Source: Planctomycetota bacterium
Lineage (GTDB): Bacteria; Planctomycetota; UBA1135; UBA2386
Assembly: GCA_965223545.1 (NCBI GenBank)
Contig: OZ245006.1
Location: forward strand, 1,824,001-1,888,000
Length of the DNA stretch: 64,000 nt
Reading direction: 5' to 3'
In this document: one piece after another, positions 18,601 to 27,836 of the stretch
Position numbering within the stretch: position 1 is the first letter of the stretch
How the letters are laid out: the number at the start of each line of letters is the position of its first letter
Notes under the pieces: generated by a model
The model's database searches: none
Told to the model about the DNA's origin: nothing
The model's input: the letters and a program-made list of their open reading frames with translations, nothing else
Position numbers and translations under genes: made by a program

Positions 18601-20912
18601 GTCAGTGGAACCCGCCAAGTGCCCGCGGTGCGCTCGGGCGCGGTGCCGGCCGCGGCGCTCTGTCCCGAGTCCGGATCGAGGCCGGCTTCATCCAGCACCT
18701 CGAACACCAAGTGCTGCTCCTCGATCGACAGCTTGATGCGGTTGGCGTCGACCCGGTCTGCCGCCAAGTCGAACAGGATTTGGTCGTCGACGTCGCGCAC
18801 CTGGAACCAGAACTGCACCGCGTGCGGCTGCGGAAGACCGCCCTCGCCAGTGAACGGAAAGCTGGCCGCGTGCCGGTTGGGACTCTGCACCGCCTGGCTG
18901 CCGGTGCGCGGGCCGGTGTTGAACAGCGAGTAGCCGCCCTCCTGCGCCACGTCGCGCCCCTCGGGGTGGCGGGACGTCGACATCGACTCGAACGCCGACA
19001 CCACTTCGTTGCCGCGGTAGTTGGGCCGCGTCGCCGCGGGCGCCAGGCGGAAGCCGTCGCTGGCCCCGTCGACGCTGGCAAAGCGCGATTCACCGAAGCC
19101 GAGGTCCGGATAGGCGGTCGCCAGCACGTGCGGGATGTGCCGCGACGGCGGGTTGGACGCGGCCGAGGGCGCACCGAGGTTGATCGGGTGCGTGGTGTAG
19201 AACGGGATCTGCCCATCGACCCGCACTGCCTCCTCGAACTGCGCCTGAGTCGCCAGCACAAGATCGAGAGTGGCGTCGGGCATCGCGACAGCGACGCCGG
19301 TGCGCTCGTGCCGGGCGGCGGTCTGGGTGCCGCGCACCCGCGCCGCCGCGGCGCGATAAGCGACGACCGGCGCCGACGTGAACGACAGCGGCGCCGTGGC
19401 CATGCGCAGCACTCCGATGTCCTGGCCGAGAAAACTGCGGTAGAGCTGCAGCAGCCGCGCCGACGCGCGGCCTTCCGCCTGCGCGAAGCGCGGCTCGAAG
19501 AAGCGCTCGGCGAGGTCTTCGAAGCCGTCGAACGGCCGCAGCTCGTCGGCGTCCGCCAACCCGCCGGCCAACGCGTCCAGGTAGTCCTCGTCGCCACGCA
19601 ATGCCAGCAGCGACTCGGCGACCGCGCGCGCCTCGGCAGCCGAGAAGGGCGCCGCGCTCGGCGCGGTGTGCTGCTCGACGCCGACGGGCGGCGAGCCGAC
19701 CCCTGCGACCAGCGCAGACAGCACGTCGGCCGAGGCGGTGTTGACGTTGACCGGGTGCGGCAGCAGCACTTCGACGACGGTGTCGAAGGCGGCCAAGCTG
19801 CGCGACGGCGGCCGCATCAGCACCAACCGGTGGCGCGAGGGCAGGGCCACGGTGCCGGAGTCACCGGCAGGCCGCACCGCCCACACCACGCCGTACTCGA
19901 CGCCCCCATCGCGGAGGTTGCGGATCCGCACCACCGAGCCGGCGCCGATGCTGCGCGCGGAGCGCACCGTCACGACCACCGCCGACCACGGCTCGAGGCC
20001 GAGGTCGAGCGGCTCGAACACGCGCTCGGCCCGTCCCCAGTCGGCGGCCCGCTCGCGCACCGAGGCCACCGTGCAGTGCTGGCGCAGCAGGTCGATCTCC
20101 TGCGGCGAGAACTCGCCGAAGCCCAGCTCGCCGATCCGGTTGATCTCCTCGATCGAGCCCAGTGGCCGGCGGCGGTCGCGGCGGTCGTCCTCGGCGTGGT
20201 AGAACGAGTCGCTGATCGCGAGCAGCACGCGGTAGTCGAACACCAGCGCGCCGGGCGGCAGGGTCCGCTCCTCGTCGTACGGCTGGTAGCCCTTGTCCAC
20301 CGCCAGCAGACCGCGGCTCAAGCCGCCGAGGACGTTGCCGTCGCGGTGCGTGTAGCGGATCAGCTCGCGCCCGACCATGACGTAGCCCTGGTCTTTGAAG
20401 TTGGCGGCCCCGGCGAGCACCAGCTCGCTGAAGTCCGGATCGTGCTGCTCGGAGGTGCGCGCCACCAGGCCCAGCAGGTTGCCGAGCACCAGCGGCGTCG
20501 CGGTGTTGAGGTTGATGCGCCGCTGCAGGTCGTAGACCTCGGCGGCCAGCAAGTTCTGGTCGAAGCCCTGACCGCGCAGCGCGGCGAACGCCTCGGGCAC
20601 CTCGAGCTGCGAGGGGAACTCGTGGCGCGCGTCGAAGGCCGTGTCTTCGTCGAGCGTGTCGTGCGTCAGAGACGCGCGGTGCAGGACGAGATCGCGGGCG
20701 TTCGCCGATGCCATCTCGGCGTGCACCGCGTCGGCCATCTGCCGGGACACGGCGTCGCCGTTGTCCATCGACAGGGCAAACGGCACCGACAACGCCAGCA
20801 GCATGCTGAGCACCACCAGCACCGCCAGCAGCGCGAAGCCGCCAGCGGCGGGTAGCCGGTTGGCGGACATCGCCGCGCTCGATCCGAACCGTTCGATCCG
20901 CGCCCGCATCAT
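15657..20912 (-). CDS. Giant (1751 aa) GspK/PilX-like tip (pseudo)pilin with HhH-like, LamG-like and repeated beta modules
   Basis: AAGG|FALLAVLVVLSMLLAL lacks Glu5, as in K-types; RINLNTAT and PVNVNTASADVL...RPFDGFEDL are GspK-like motifs; ATGA overlaps at both ends. Confidence 0.75.
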   Translation of the reverse strand: MMRARIERFGSSAAMSANRLPAAGGFALLAVLVVLSMLLALSVPFALSMDNGDAVSRQMADAVHAEMASANARDLVLHRASLTHDTLDEDTAFDARHEFPSQLEVPEAFAALRGQGFDQNLLAAEVYDLQRRINLNTATPLVLGNLLGLVARTSEQHDPDFSELVLAGAANFKDQGYVMVGRELIRYTHRDGNVLGGLSRGLLAVDKGYQPYDEERTLPPGALVFDYRVLLAISDSFYHAEDDRRDRRRPLGSIEEINRIGELGFGEFSPQEIDLLRQHCTVASVRERAADWGRAERVFEPLDLGLEPWSAVVVTVRSARSIGAGSVVRIRNLRDGGVEYGVVWAVRPAGDSGTVALPSRHRLVLMRPPSRSLAAFDTVVEVLLPHPVNVNTASADVLSALVAGVGSPPVGVEQHTAPSAAPFSAAEARAVAESLLALRGDEDYLDALAGGLADADELRPFDGFEDLAERFFEPRFAQAEGRASARLLQLYRSFLGQDIGVLRMATAPLSFTSAPVVAYRAAAARVRGTQTAARHERTGVAVAMPDATLDLVLATQAQFEEAVRVDGQIPFYTTHPINLGAPSAASNPPSRHIPHVLATAYPDLGFGESRFASVDGASDGFRLAPAATRPNYRGNEVVSAFESMSTSRHPEGRDVAQEGGYSLFNTGPRTGSQAVQSPNRHAASFPFTGEGGLPQPHAVQFWFQVRDVDDQILFDLAADRVDANRIKLSIEEQHLVFEVLDEAGLDPDSGQSAAAGTAPERTAGTWRVPLTDIDLRPEVWFHVNLAASGNQPGQLSMTVDGTQRGEPDLRTYLAAPIDPYQESQEPIEPFFQDALKYLDIRVEDTEGFPPQGVLRIGLELFEYTSKTATTFRCAFDNSMGGRTARMRIDEFAPTIPVDNNGRPTVNVESIQGLQVAAGHELGAAVELYGYTVPVYRDTTVYVSAGRLQTSIGAFAVARAVVDPGASIQYVFNGRPREVGKGIDVDSSEDISLADPIADRQYPPAPASQPILDAFPATGGYALLVQRFLAVQSAGNPGNSSNRDIGGIELIRYSARTGDVLSGIQRGLTLPPVEGYEYRRVFDGKARHFVTQWTNLTVINGNERIPAEELHQYLCYVVPISLPVAGANLPDPTVIGRSEWAQIYSEGDEANTEWVRYDYLDPQGWLVRANLHRWLAVWRELTDTTAEDGVDNGEGAALGGQLGAEELNALLTRFPYPEVRREAGVGYIGYTDDVEFDPNFPQIQLVRRALRFRGDPLTGTTSHAHGSNAMVLPCHRFELDWGNYGARSGRAGRNDRIALVAGSQASGTERPGVEWHTVNWAARRFAFDADPGNVNDPYYFIEPDEGVPREMLGLYPFQLVGLKAGVGGTLLIGPEERNFNTDSRQLDRMVKFPSGELPAAAAENGEFGTTPLRDLRDCSGIVDDIGVVNRRARALLLDEELAQDGRTFLVRTDLVVTPYGYATFNGDLTRTVPQAGGLVSIDGEILAYESHSDGTFVIASEGRGLLGSEPRPHSEGALVYFLDHIPAAILTAPVNGSASELVVADAADLPAYGGTLLLARNELLHYAWVDAGAVLTMPSWDDPDAPQTRGRGLLRGRYGTTPVGAGVGEPVIWFPQRYWDRHHERADDPELAYFQITWDLAPVFFRGLLWEEERDDELIDVECLVRIDGRGSFADDPETSPHLFRFDRGGVENPIGRQGSRIEARFSTVYRPGAFDPQTFRANTWKKAPMVRALLLDYEGEGRVLDEKVTAQ

Positions 20913-21970
20913 GGCATCTCCTTTGCGCCGGCGGCGAACACCGGCTGCAACACACCTCCGGGGGCGACGCGCCGCCGCTCGGTGAGCTCGTCGTCCCCCA
21001 TCGGCATCACCAACGAGAACGCGAACTCCTGCGGCTCGACCAGCGCGCCATCGCGGCCGAACGCCAACCGCCACGGCGGCGCCGGCTGGACTTCGACCCC
21101 GACCGGCAGCAGCTGCAGATCGCCGTCTTCGTAGGCCAGCAGTTGCACCTCGTCGACCAGACCATCGAACGCATCGGTGCCCGGCGACACCTCGAGCACC
21201 GCGCCGCTGCGATCGAACGGGCGTCCGCCGGCGACCTCGCGCGCCACCAGCTGGCCGTCGACCAACAGGGAAACCTCGCGACCGTCGTGGTTGAGCTCGA
21301 GGGCGGCCCATTGCGAAAGGCGCAGCGGCCAGCGCGCCGTCAGCTGGACGGTGGTGCCGGGGTTGTCGGCGGTGCCGGCCAGCGTGACCGCCGCCTGCGG
21401 CACGAGGTCGGGGTCCAGCGAAAGCGTGAACGCGCGCCCGTAGCGCACGACGATCGCCGCCCCGTAGCTGTCGGGCCGCACGTCGACCCGCACGGCGAAG
21501 CCGGTGCCGAGGGCGAGCGCGCCCTCTCGGTTGTGCACCGTGAGCAGCGCGGCACCACTGTCCAGATCGTGCCGCCGCGCCTGGCCGAAACGGCCCGGCT
21601 CGGCGTGCCCCGACAGCTGCGGGGTCAGCCGCCGATCGAACGGCCGCTCGCCCTCCTCGAAGTGCCAGCTGCCGACGTGGCGCAAGCCACGCACGTGGAT
21701 CCGCACCGGCGCCCCATCCCGGCCGCCGGTCGCCTGCACCTCGGTGGGCAGACTGCGCGCGCGCGCGGTGGTCGCCGCCACCCGGATCTGGTCGCCGACA
21801 GTCAGCAGCGCGGCGTCCAGATCGGTCGCGCCGCGCTGCAGGAAACCGACCCCCACCCCCATGAGCGTGGCGACGACCGCGAGCACGACCAACAGCTCGA
21901 GCAAGGTGAACCCCGCGCGGCGGGCGCGGGTCCCGGGCGCGGGCGCCAGCTGCTGCGGGTGGGGCGTCAC
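20909..21970 (-). CDS. Prepilin-like minor (pseudo)pilin, GspH/FimT-like, fused to a LamG/ConA-like domain
   Basis: RRAG|FTLLELLVVLAVVATL; SWHFEEG, WAALELNHDG..LLVDG..FDGLVDEVQL; GTGA overlap. Confidence 0.8.
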   Translation of the reverse strand: MTPHPQQLAPAPGTRARRAGFTLLELLVVLAVVATLMGVGVGFLQRGATDLDAALLTVGDQIRVAATTARARSLPTEVQATGGRDGAPVRIHVRGLRHVGSWHFEEGERPFDRRLTPQLSGHAEPGRFGQARRHDLDSGAALLTVHNREGALALGTGFAVRVDVRPDSYGAAIVVRYGRAFTLSLDPDLVPQAAVTLAGTADNPGTTVQLTARWPLRLSQWAALELNHDGREVSLLVDGQLVAREVAGGRPFDRSGAVLEVSPGTDAFDGLVDEVQLLAYEDGDLQLLPVGVEVQPAPPWRLAFGRDGALVEPQEFAFSLVMPMGDDELTERRRVAPGGVLQPVFAAGAKEMP

Positions 21971-22626
21971 TCCTCCTCGCGCACGATCGGTGGAAAGCAG
22001 ACGTCGTCGTCGTTGCCGAACTGGCCGTCGGGACCGGCGGACAGCACCTGGAACTGGCCGGCCGGCTTGCCGGTGCGCGGATTGGTCCGCGGCCGCACCG
22101 AAACCGTGTCGCCCTCCGGCGTGCGCACCTGCTGCTTGCGGCCGAAGCCACCGTTCTGACTGTTGAAGTACACCAGCGGCATGCCCCACGCGTCGACCAC
22201 CTCGACCTTCTCGGTGCGGTCGAGGCCGCGCAGAGTGGTACCGGCCTTGTCGCTGTCGGTGTTCGCCAGCCAGTCCTCGTGGTCGGTGATCTGGTCGCGG
22301 CCGAGGCGCTGCTGGGTCAGAGCGATGAGCAGGGACTCGATGCCGCTGTTGACGTTGTCGGCCTTGACCTGCACCCCGTCGAGGTCGGCGAAGTTGTCGG
22401 CGGGGTAGTGGCCGACCTTGCGCTCGTAGGACTTGATCGCCTGCGCCAGGAACTGCACGCGGGCTTCGGTGGCGGCGACCTCACCGGCGGTGCTGGCACC
22501 GAGCACGTCCGGCAGGATCGCGACCGCCAACACACCGAGCACGGCGAGCACCACCAGCATCTCGATCAGGGTGAAGCCGAGCGAACGGCCCCGGCGTCGC
22601 GCATCCGTCATGTCGGTTCTCTTCAT
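21967..22626 (-). CDS. GspG-like major pseudopilin
   Basis: SLG|FTLIEMLVVLAVLGVLAVAILP; DAWGMPLVY; C-terminal SAGPDGQFGNDDD; AAGGAG SD and ATGA overlap. Confidence 0.85.
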   Translation of the reverse strand: MKRTDMTDARRRGRSLGFTLIEMLVVLAVLGVLAVAILPDVLGASTAGEVAATEARVQFLAQAIKSYERKVGHYPADNFADLDGVQVKADNVNSGIESLLIALTQQRLGRDQITDHEDWLANTDSDKAGTTLRGLDRTEKVEVVDAWGMPLVYFNSQNGGFGRKQQVRTPEGDTVSVRPRTNPRTGKPAGQFQVLSAGPDGQFGNDDDVCFPPIVREEE

Positions 22627-25337
22627 CGCTGCTCCTTGCGACGCACGAGGCGGAAGTCGTCGAACTCGACGTCCACCCGGTTGCCTGCGTTGGCGTAGGC
22701 CAACAGCTCGATCGGCATCTCCAAGCGCGTCGACCGCCGCAGCTTCTCGATTCCTCGCTCGTGCAGCACGACGCCGTTCCACTCGGCGCGCAGCACGAAC
22801 CGCTGATCGTCGTCGGGCTGGGGATACACCGACAACGCCAGCGCTTGCGGCGCCGACTGATCGAACGGCAACTCCTCCAGCTCGACCGGGTCCCAAAGCG
22901 CGCGCTCGTCTTCGTCGGCGTTGTCGGGCCGCCCGTCTTCGATCAACAAGAACGGCTGGCCCTCGCTGAAGCCCAGCCGCGCGCGGAAGTCCGGTCCGGC
23001 CCCCCCGCGGCGGGACAACGTCGAGATCTGCAAGCCCGCAAAGCGCGAAGCGTCACCGGGCCGGCGGTGGATCACCACCTCCGCGGCGAGGAAGTTGCCG
23101 GCCACCGGCTGGCTGCGGCGCGCCACGATCGGCTGACTGCCGCTGGGCTGCTGTCCGGCCAGTCGCAGCCGCCCGTCGCTCAGCATCGGCAAGAAGCCGG
23201 GCTGCTTGTCGACGTCCCAGCGGTCACCGAGCACCTCGCGCTCGAAGGCGTCGCGCAGCTGCTCCTTCTGGTTGTGATCGTTGATGAGCTCCAAGACCTC
23301 TTCCGCGTAGGCGCGCAGCGGATCGCCACTGCGGGTGCGCGTCACCAAGTCGGTGAAGCGATTGGCGGCCTCGACGACTCGGTTGCGGGCGTACTCGACC
23401 AACGCCAAGCCGACGCTGCAGAACTCGCTGCCGCGCTCGTCACCCGCCTTGAACGGCTGGGTCGCGCTGATCGGGTCGGCGCGGAAGCGGATCGCCCCCT
23501 GCAGCTCCAACAGAGCGAGATCGACCTCGCCGCGCTGCGCCTCGAGCACCACGGCCCGATCGATGTAGCGCTGTGCACGGACGATCAACGCCGCCGCGCC
23601 GGCGTTGCTCTCGACCATGCCGAGATAGGTCTCGGCGGTCTCCGCCAACGCCTCGACGAAGTCATCGCTCTCGGCCAGCGCCGCGGCCAGCGCGTCGAGC
23701 GCGCCGCTCGAATCGCCGAGCCGCCGCCGCGCACAACCGAGCAGATACTGCGCGTGGGCGTCGTGGGGTGCCGCCTCCACCGCCGCTTCGAGCTCGGTGA
23801 CCGCCAGCTGTGGGTTCGCCGTGCGCAAGTACAGCAAGCCGAGACCGGCGAGGGCCACATGCCGCTGCAACGGCGCCGACTCCACCACTGCGCGCAGGCT
23901 CGCCTCCGCCGCGCGCCAGCGGCCATCGAGCACCCGACAGAGCGCCTGCCCCAGCGCGGCGCGGTCGCCGACCGCGAGGTCTTGCACGGCGCCGGCATAG
24001 GCCTTCTCGGCTTCGTCGAACTCACCCGCGGTGTAGGCGATCGCGCCCTTGAGCAGGTCCCGGCGGGCGCGCACGGCCTCGCCGCGCGGCACCCGCGTCA
24101 GCGCATTCCGCGCCGCGCTGAGGTCACCCCGCGCCAGCTGCACCGCGATGACGCTGGCGCACACTTGCAGCAGCTGCTCGTCGTCGGTCAGCGTAGTGCG
24201 GTTGCGCCAGGCGGCATCGGCCTCCTCGAGCGCGGCCTCGACATCGCCGGCGGTCAGCAGCGCGCGCGCATGGGCGGCGCGCACCAGCGGATCGCTGGGC
24301 TGCGCCGCGGCGGCCTGGCCGAGGTGCTCCAGCGCCGCCACGTCCAGCCCCAGGGCCACTTCGACCTCGGCGAGGCCGGCCAGCTGCAGGGCGCTGCCCT
24401 CGAGCTCGCCCGACAATCCCTGGTACATGGCCAGCAGCTCGCTCAGCGCGCCGCGCTCGCGCAGCACGCGCGCCTTCAGGCGGTAGGCCTCGACCGAGCC
24501 ACCCGAGATCTCGACGTAGCGTTCGACCTCGTCGGCGGCGATCGCGTAGACCCAGGCGTGCTGGCGCGCGATGCGCAGCGCGTCGAGCAGATACTCGCGG
24601 CGGCGCACCTGCGAGGCCTCACCGTCGCCGAGATCGCGCCGGCGCACCTCGAGGCGGTTGCGCAGGGTGTCCGCCAGCTCGACCAGCTGCACTTCCTCGG
24701 GCTCGAAGGTCTCCGACCGCATGATCTGGCCGGTGTTGATCGACACCCGATCGAAACGGACCGGCTCGCGGAACTGCGTCGCGCCGTGCAGCTCGTACTT
24801 GTTGGCGTTGCGCACGTAGCCCTTGAGCGGCAGGCCGGTCGAGACCAGCACCACCGTGTCGTAGGTGTCGTCGTCGCCATCGCCGCCGCCCGCGCCGCCA
24901 TTGAGCCCTTCGCCGGCACCGCCCTCGCCGAGCAACGGCGTCGACGAGGGGTCGCCCTCGCCCTCGGTGCCCGGCCCGAGCGCCACCTGCGTGGCAGGGG
25001 CGCCGTCGACGCGCAGCAGGCGGTAGGCCGGCGGCGCCGGCCCCGGGTCGAGGGGCGGTGCCACCAGGGGCAGCGTCCGGCGCGGCGGGAACGGCAGTGG
25101 CCGCGGTCCGAGCGGCGCGGTCTCCGACGGCTCGACGAACGGATCGCGCTCGCCCGGCCGCCGGGGCGCGGCCGCCGCGGCCTCGACGAGCGGGTGGGCA
25201 GGCGCCTCTCCGGCCTCGTACTCGGCGTAGCTCACCGACACGCGACTGCTGATCGGCGTCGGCTTCATCGAGGTCCACGCCCAGGCGCCCAGCGCCAGCA
25301 CGACGAGGAACAGTCCCTGCTCTTTGCGAATCTGCAT
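22623..25337 (-). CDS. Large membrane-anchored TPR protein with C-terminal beta-sandwich-like domain
   Basis: N-terminal TM helix; multiple TPR-like helical repeats (e.g. APHDAHAQYLLGCARRRLGD); ends VEFDDFRLVR. Confidence 0.7.
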   Translation of the reverse strand: MQIRKEQGLFLVVLALGAWAWTSMKPTPISSRVSVSYAEYEAGEAPAHPLVEAAAAAPRRPGERDPFVEPSETAPLGPRPLPFPPRRTLPLVAPPLDPGPAPPAYRLLRVDGAPATQVALGPGTEGEGDPSSTPLLGEGGAGEGLNGGAGGGDGDDDTYDTVVLVSTGLPLKGYVRNANKYELHGATQFREPVRFDRVSINTGQIMRSETFEPEEVQLVELADTLRNRLEVRRRDLGDGEASQVRRREYLLDALRIARQHAWVYAIAADEVERYVEISGGSVEAYRLKARVLRERGALSELLAMYQGLSGELEGSALQLAGLAEVEVALGLDVAALEHLGQAAAAQPSDPLVRAAHARALLTAGDVEAALEEADAAWRNRTTLTDDEQLLQVCASVIAVQLARGDLSAARNALTRVPRGEAVRARRDLLKGAIAYTAGEFDEAEKAYAGAVQDLAVGDRAALGQALCRVLDGRWRAAEASLRAVVESAPLQRHVALAGLGLLYLRTANPQLAVTELEAAVEAAPHDAHAQYLLGCARRRLGDSSGALDALAAALAESDDFVEALAETAETYLGMVESNAGAAALIVRAQRYIDRAVVLEAQRGEVDLALLELQGAIRFRADPISATQPFKAGDERGSEFCSVGLALVEYARNRVVEAANRFTDLVTRTRSGDPLRAYAEEVLELINDHNQKEQLRDAFEREVLGDRWDVDKQPGFLPMLSDGRLRLAGQQPSGSQPIVARRSQPVAGNFLAAEVVIHRRPGDASRFAGLQISTLSRRGGAGPDFRARLGFSEGQPFLLIEDGRPDNADEDERALWDPVELEELPFDQSAPQALALSVYPQPDDDQRFVLRAEWNGVVLHERGIEKLRRSTRLEMPIELLAYANAGNRVDVEFDDFRLVRRKEQR

Positions 25338-25374
25338 GCGCGGTCGACCTATCGGGGGGCGTTGTGGTGGGCCT

Positions 25375-26199
25375 TCATGACTGCTCGAGGATCTGCACGC
25401 CGCTCAGAGTGCCCTGCACGACCAGTGGATCGCCGGCCGAACGCCCGGCGGAGATCTTGAAGTCGGGACCGACCACCAGCGACGGCGCTTCGCGGCGGCA
25501 AGCCTCCAAGAACGCCTTCACCGCCCCCTCGTCGGCGGTGAACTCGACCCGCACCGCGACCTCGGCGAGCAGCTGGCCGAGGTCGATGCCACCGCGTTCG
25601 GCGCGCGGGCGCCGCCGCGGCCGGCGGCCGGTCGAGCGCCGGGCGGCGTTGACCTGCAGCCGCTCGATCGAGGCGACGCCGATCGCGTCCGGATCCGCCT
25701 CGCGCACGATCTCGTGCGCCGCGGACAGCCGCGCCGCGACGGCCTGCACGACGGCGATTCCGGCCAGCACGCTCTGGATCTCGTCGCGGTCGGTCGGCGT
25801 CGCCCAGGTGACGTTGCTGCCGTTGACCGCGATCCCCAGCAGCTCGGTGCGCTCGAGCAGCTCGCGGCGGACCCCGCGGCCGACCGACGCGAGGTGCAGA
25901 TCGGGCACGTCGACCCCGTCGAGCGAGAACTCGGCCGGCAGGGCGAACCCCAGCGCCGCCTGCAGCTCGGCACGCACCGAGTCCAGCTGCTCGTGCTCGT
26001 CCTCGGCGGCGGACAGCGCGTCACGACCGTAGAGGTCGTCACCTTTGAGCGCGTTGCGCGCGGCGCTGATCTTGCGCTGCACACCGGAGGTGCTGTAGAC
26101 GCTGCCGATGATCGAAGTGCCGATCCAGTAGACCAGGAAGCCGAGCGCGACCCCGAGGATCCAGCGCTTGTTCTCCTGCCAGAACTCGTGAAAGTCCAT
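25375..26199 (-). CDS. Bitopic membrane protein, positional PilO/GspM-like
   Basis: TGATG overlap with pilMN; N-terminal TM, coiled coil, ferredoxin-like C-terminus (VAVRVEFTADEGAVKAFLE). Confidence 0.55.
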   Translation of the reverse strand: MDFHEFWQENKRWILGVALGFLVYWIGTSIIGSVYSTSGVQRKISAARNALKGDDLYGRDALSAAEDEHEQLDSVRAELQAALGFALPAEFSLDGVDVPDLHLASVGRGVRRELLERTELLGIAVNGSNVTWATPTDRDEIQSVLAGIAVVQAVAARLSAAHEIVREADPDAIGVASIERLQVNAARRSTGRRPRRRPRAERGGIDLGQLLAEVAVRVEFTADEGAVKAFLEACRREAPSLVVGPDFKISAGRSAGDPLVVQGTLSGVQILEQS

Positions 26200-27821
26200 C
26201 AGGCGCCCTCCGGCAGGAAGTCGATGGTCAGCGTGAACTCGGTCTCGTCGGCGCGCCCGGTGTCGGTCTCGGCGACGACGCCGTTGGCCGGGATCAACGG
26301 GTGCTGGCGGAACGCGGTGTTGAACTCCTCGTACACCGCACCGACGTCGGCACCGCCGATCGCGCGCACCGCGCCCTTGACCTTGATCACCTGCTTGCGC
26401 TGCGCGTTGCGCTCGCGGCCACCCGCCATGCCGACCTCGATCGACGAGATCCACAGCTCGGGCGGCACCGTGTCCCGCACCGCGCGCATCGTGCGCAGCA
26501 AACCGTGCAACGGCAGCGCGCGCGCGGCGAGCGCGTCCGCGATCGCCTGGTCGACGCGGTTCTGCGCGATCAGCTCGTCGGCGTCCTCGTGGGTGCGCTC
26601 GATCCGCCGCCGGTCGCTGGAGACGCGCCGCTCGGCCTGCTCGGCGCTGGCGAGCTGCTCCTTGGCCTGCACGGCCCCGAACCCCAGCAGGGCGACGCCG
26701 ATCGCGCCGGCGGCGACGTTCCACGCCGTCCGCTGCAGGAAGCGCTGCCGCTTCTTGACCGACTCCGGCAGGATCTCGAGCGAGTAGACCGAGTCGTCGA
26801 GCCGCGTGATCGCCAGCCCCAGCGCCACCGCCGCCTCGCTGCGCAGCGCGGCGAGCTGCTCGGCGTCCTCCGCCGGCAGCTGGGAGAGATCGACCGCCTC
26901 GAACGGATCGAAGCGCTCGACCGGGCAGCGCAGCGCCTCGCGCAGCATGCCGCGGACGCCGCGCAAGTTGGCGCCGCCGCCGCTGATCAGCACGCGGTCG
27001 AGCCGCAGTCCCTCGACCTTGGTCTGCGACTGGCAGAACATCACCGAGCTCTGGATCGCCGAGACGAACATGCTGGCGGCGCCGCCGGCGGCGACGGTGA
27101 CCTTCTCCGCCTGGCCCGAGGCGTAGCGGCCGCGGCTGTCCGGATCGAGGTCGAGCAGATCGCGCTTGAGCTGATCCGCCTTGCGCGCGCTGACGTTGAA
27201 CGCCTTGCTGATCGCGTCATCCAGCACCTTGCAGCCGCCGGTCAGGTTGCGGGCGAACAGCAGCTCGTGGCCGCGCAGCAGGGCGACGTCGATGGTCTCG
27301 TTGCCGAGATTGGCCAAGCACACGACTTCGTCGGTGTCCTCGACCTGCGCGGTGCGCAAGTAGGCGTTGTAGAGGGCGACGCAGTTGGGCACGTGGCCGC
27401 TGACACTGCCCTGCGCATCGCGCACCACGTCGGCGACGCGGTCGAGCGCCTCGTCCCTGGCCAGCGCCAACAGGATGGTGTCCATCTCGACCTCCTCGCC
27501 GGTGACCGGCAGGAGGTTGTAGTCCGCCGACAGCGAGCCACCGGACTGGCTGGCGAGATCCTGGATCTCCAGCTCCATCAGGTTGCGCAGCTGCCAATCC
27601 GGCGACGGTGGCACCTGGGTGTAGCGCAGGGTCATGTCGCGGCCGGACAGCCCGAGCACGGCACCGCCGAGCGGAACGCCCAGCGAAGCCAGGCCGCGCG
27701 CGCCCTCGGCCGCGTCGACGGCACCGAATCGGGTCAGCGCGAGGCCACCCTTGCCGTCCTTGCAGGCCAGCACCTTCCACTGGTGCGAGCCGGGATCTAC
27801 CGAAACAGCTTTACCGGGCAT
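26199..27821 (-). CDS. pilM: Type IV pilus assembly protein, PilM-PilN fusion
   Basis: Actin-like PilM motifs VDPGS, NLGNETID, ISGGGANLRG, VALGLA; then a PilN INLLP-like motif (LEILPE), a TM helix and a periplasmic VPPELWISSI domain. Confidence 0.85.
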   Translation of the reverse strand: MPGKAVSVDPGSHQWKVLACKDGKGGLALTRFGAVDAAEGARGLASLGVPLGGAVLGLSGRDMTLRYTQVPPSPDWQLRNLMELEIQDLASQSGGSLSADYNLLPVTGEEVEMDTILLALARDEALDRVADVVRDAQGSVSGHVPNCVALYNAYLRTAQVEDTDEVVCLANLGNETIDVALLRGHELLFARNLTGGCKVLDDAISKAFNVSARKADQLKRDLLDLDPDSRGRYASGQAEKVTVAAGGAASMFVSAIQSSVMFCQSQTKVEGLRLDRVLISGGGANLRGVRGMLREALRCPVERFDPFEAVDLSQLPAEDAEQLAALRSEAAVALGLAITRLDDSVYSLEILPESVKKRQRFLQRTAWNVAAGAIGVALLGFGAVQAKEQLASAEQAERRVSSDRRRIERTHEDADELIAQNRVDQAIADALAARALPLHGLLRTMRAVRDTVPPELWISSIEVGMAGGRERNAQRKQVIKVKGAVRAIGGADVGAVYEEFNTAFRQHPLIPANGVVAETDTGRADETEFTLTIDFLPEGA

Positions 27822-27836
27822 GAGGGGACAGCGGGG

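Noticed and set aside
16221..20855. Very long opposite-strand or alternate-frame ORFs (e.g. 16221-20855, 4190-7555, 26301-29927, 36580-39885, 55730-59563)
   Set aside because: Shadow ORFs expected at high GC; Arg/Ala/Gly-rich, no motifs, and overlapping well-supported genes.
20912..22151. ORF-track N-terminal extensions of the pilin genes (2164-aa, 870-aa, 426-aa and 309-aa versions)
   Set aside because: True starts are indicated by class III signal peptides and start/stop overlaps; the extensions overlap upstream genes.
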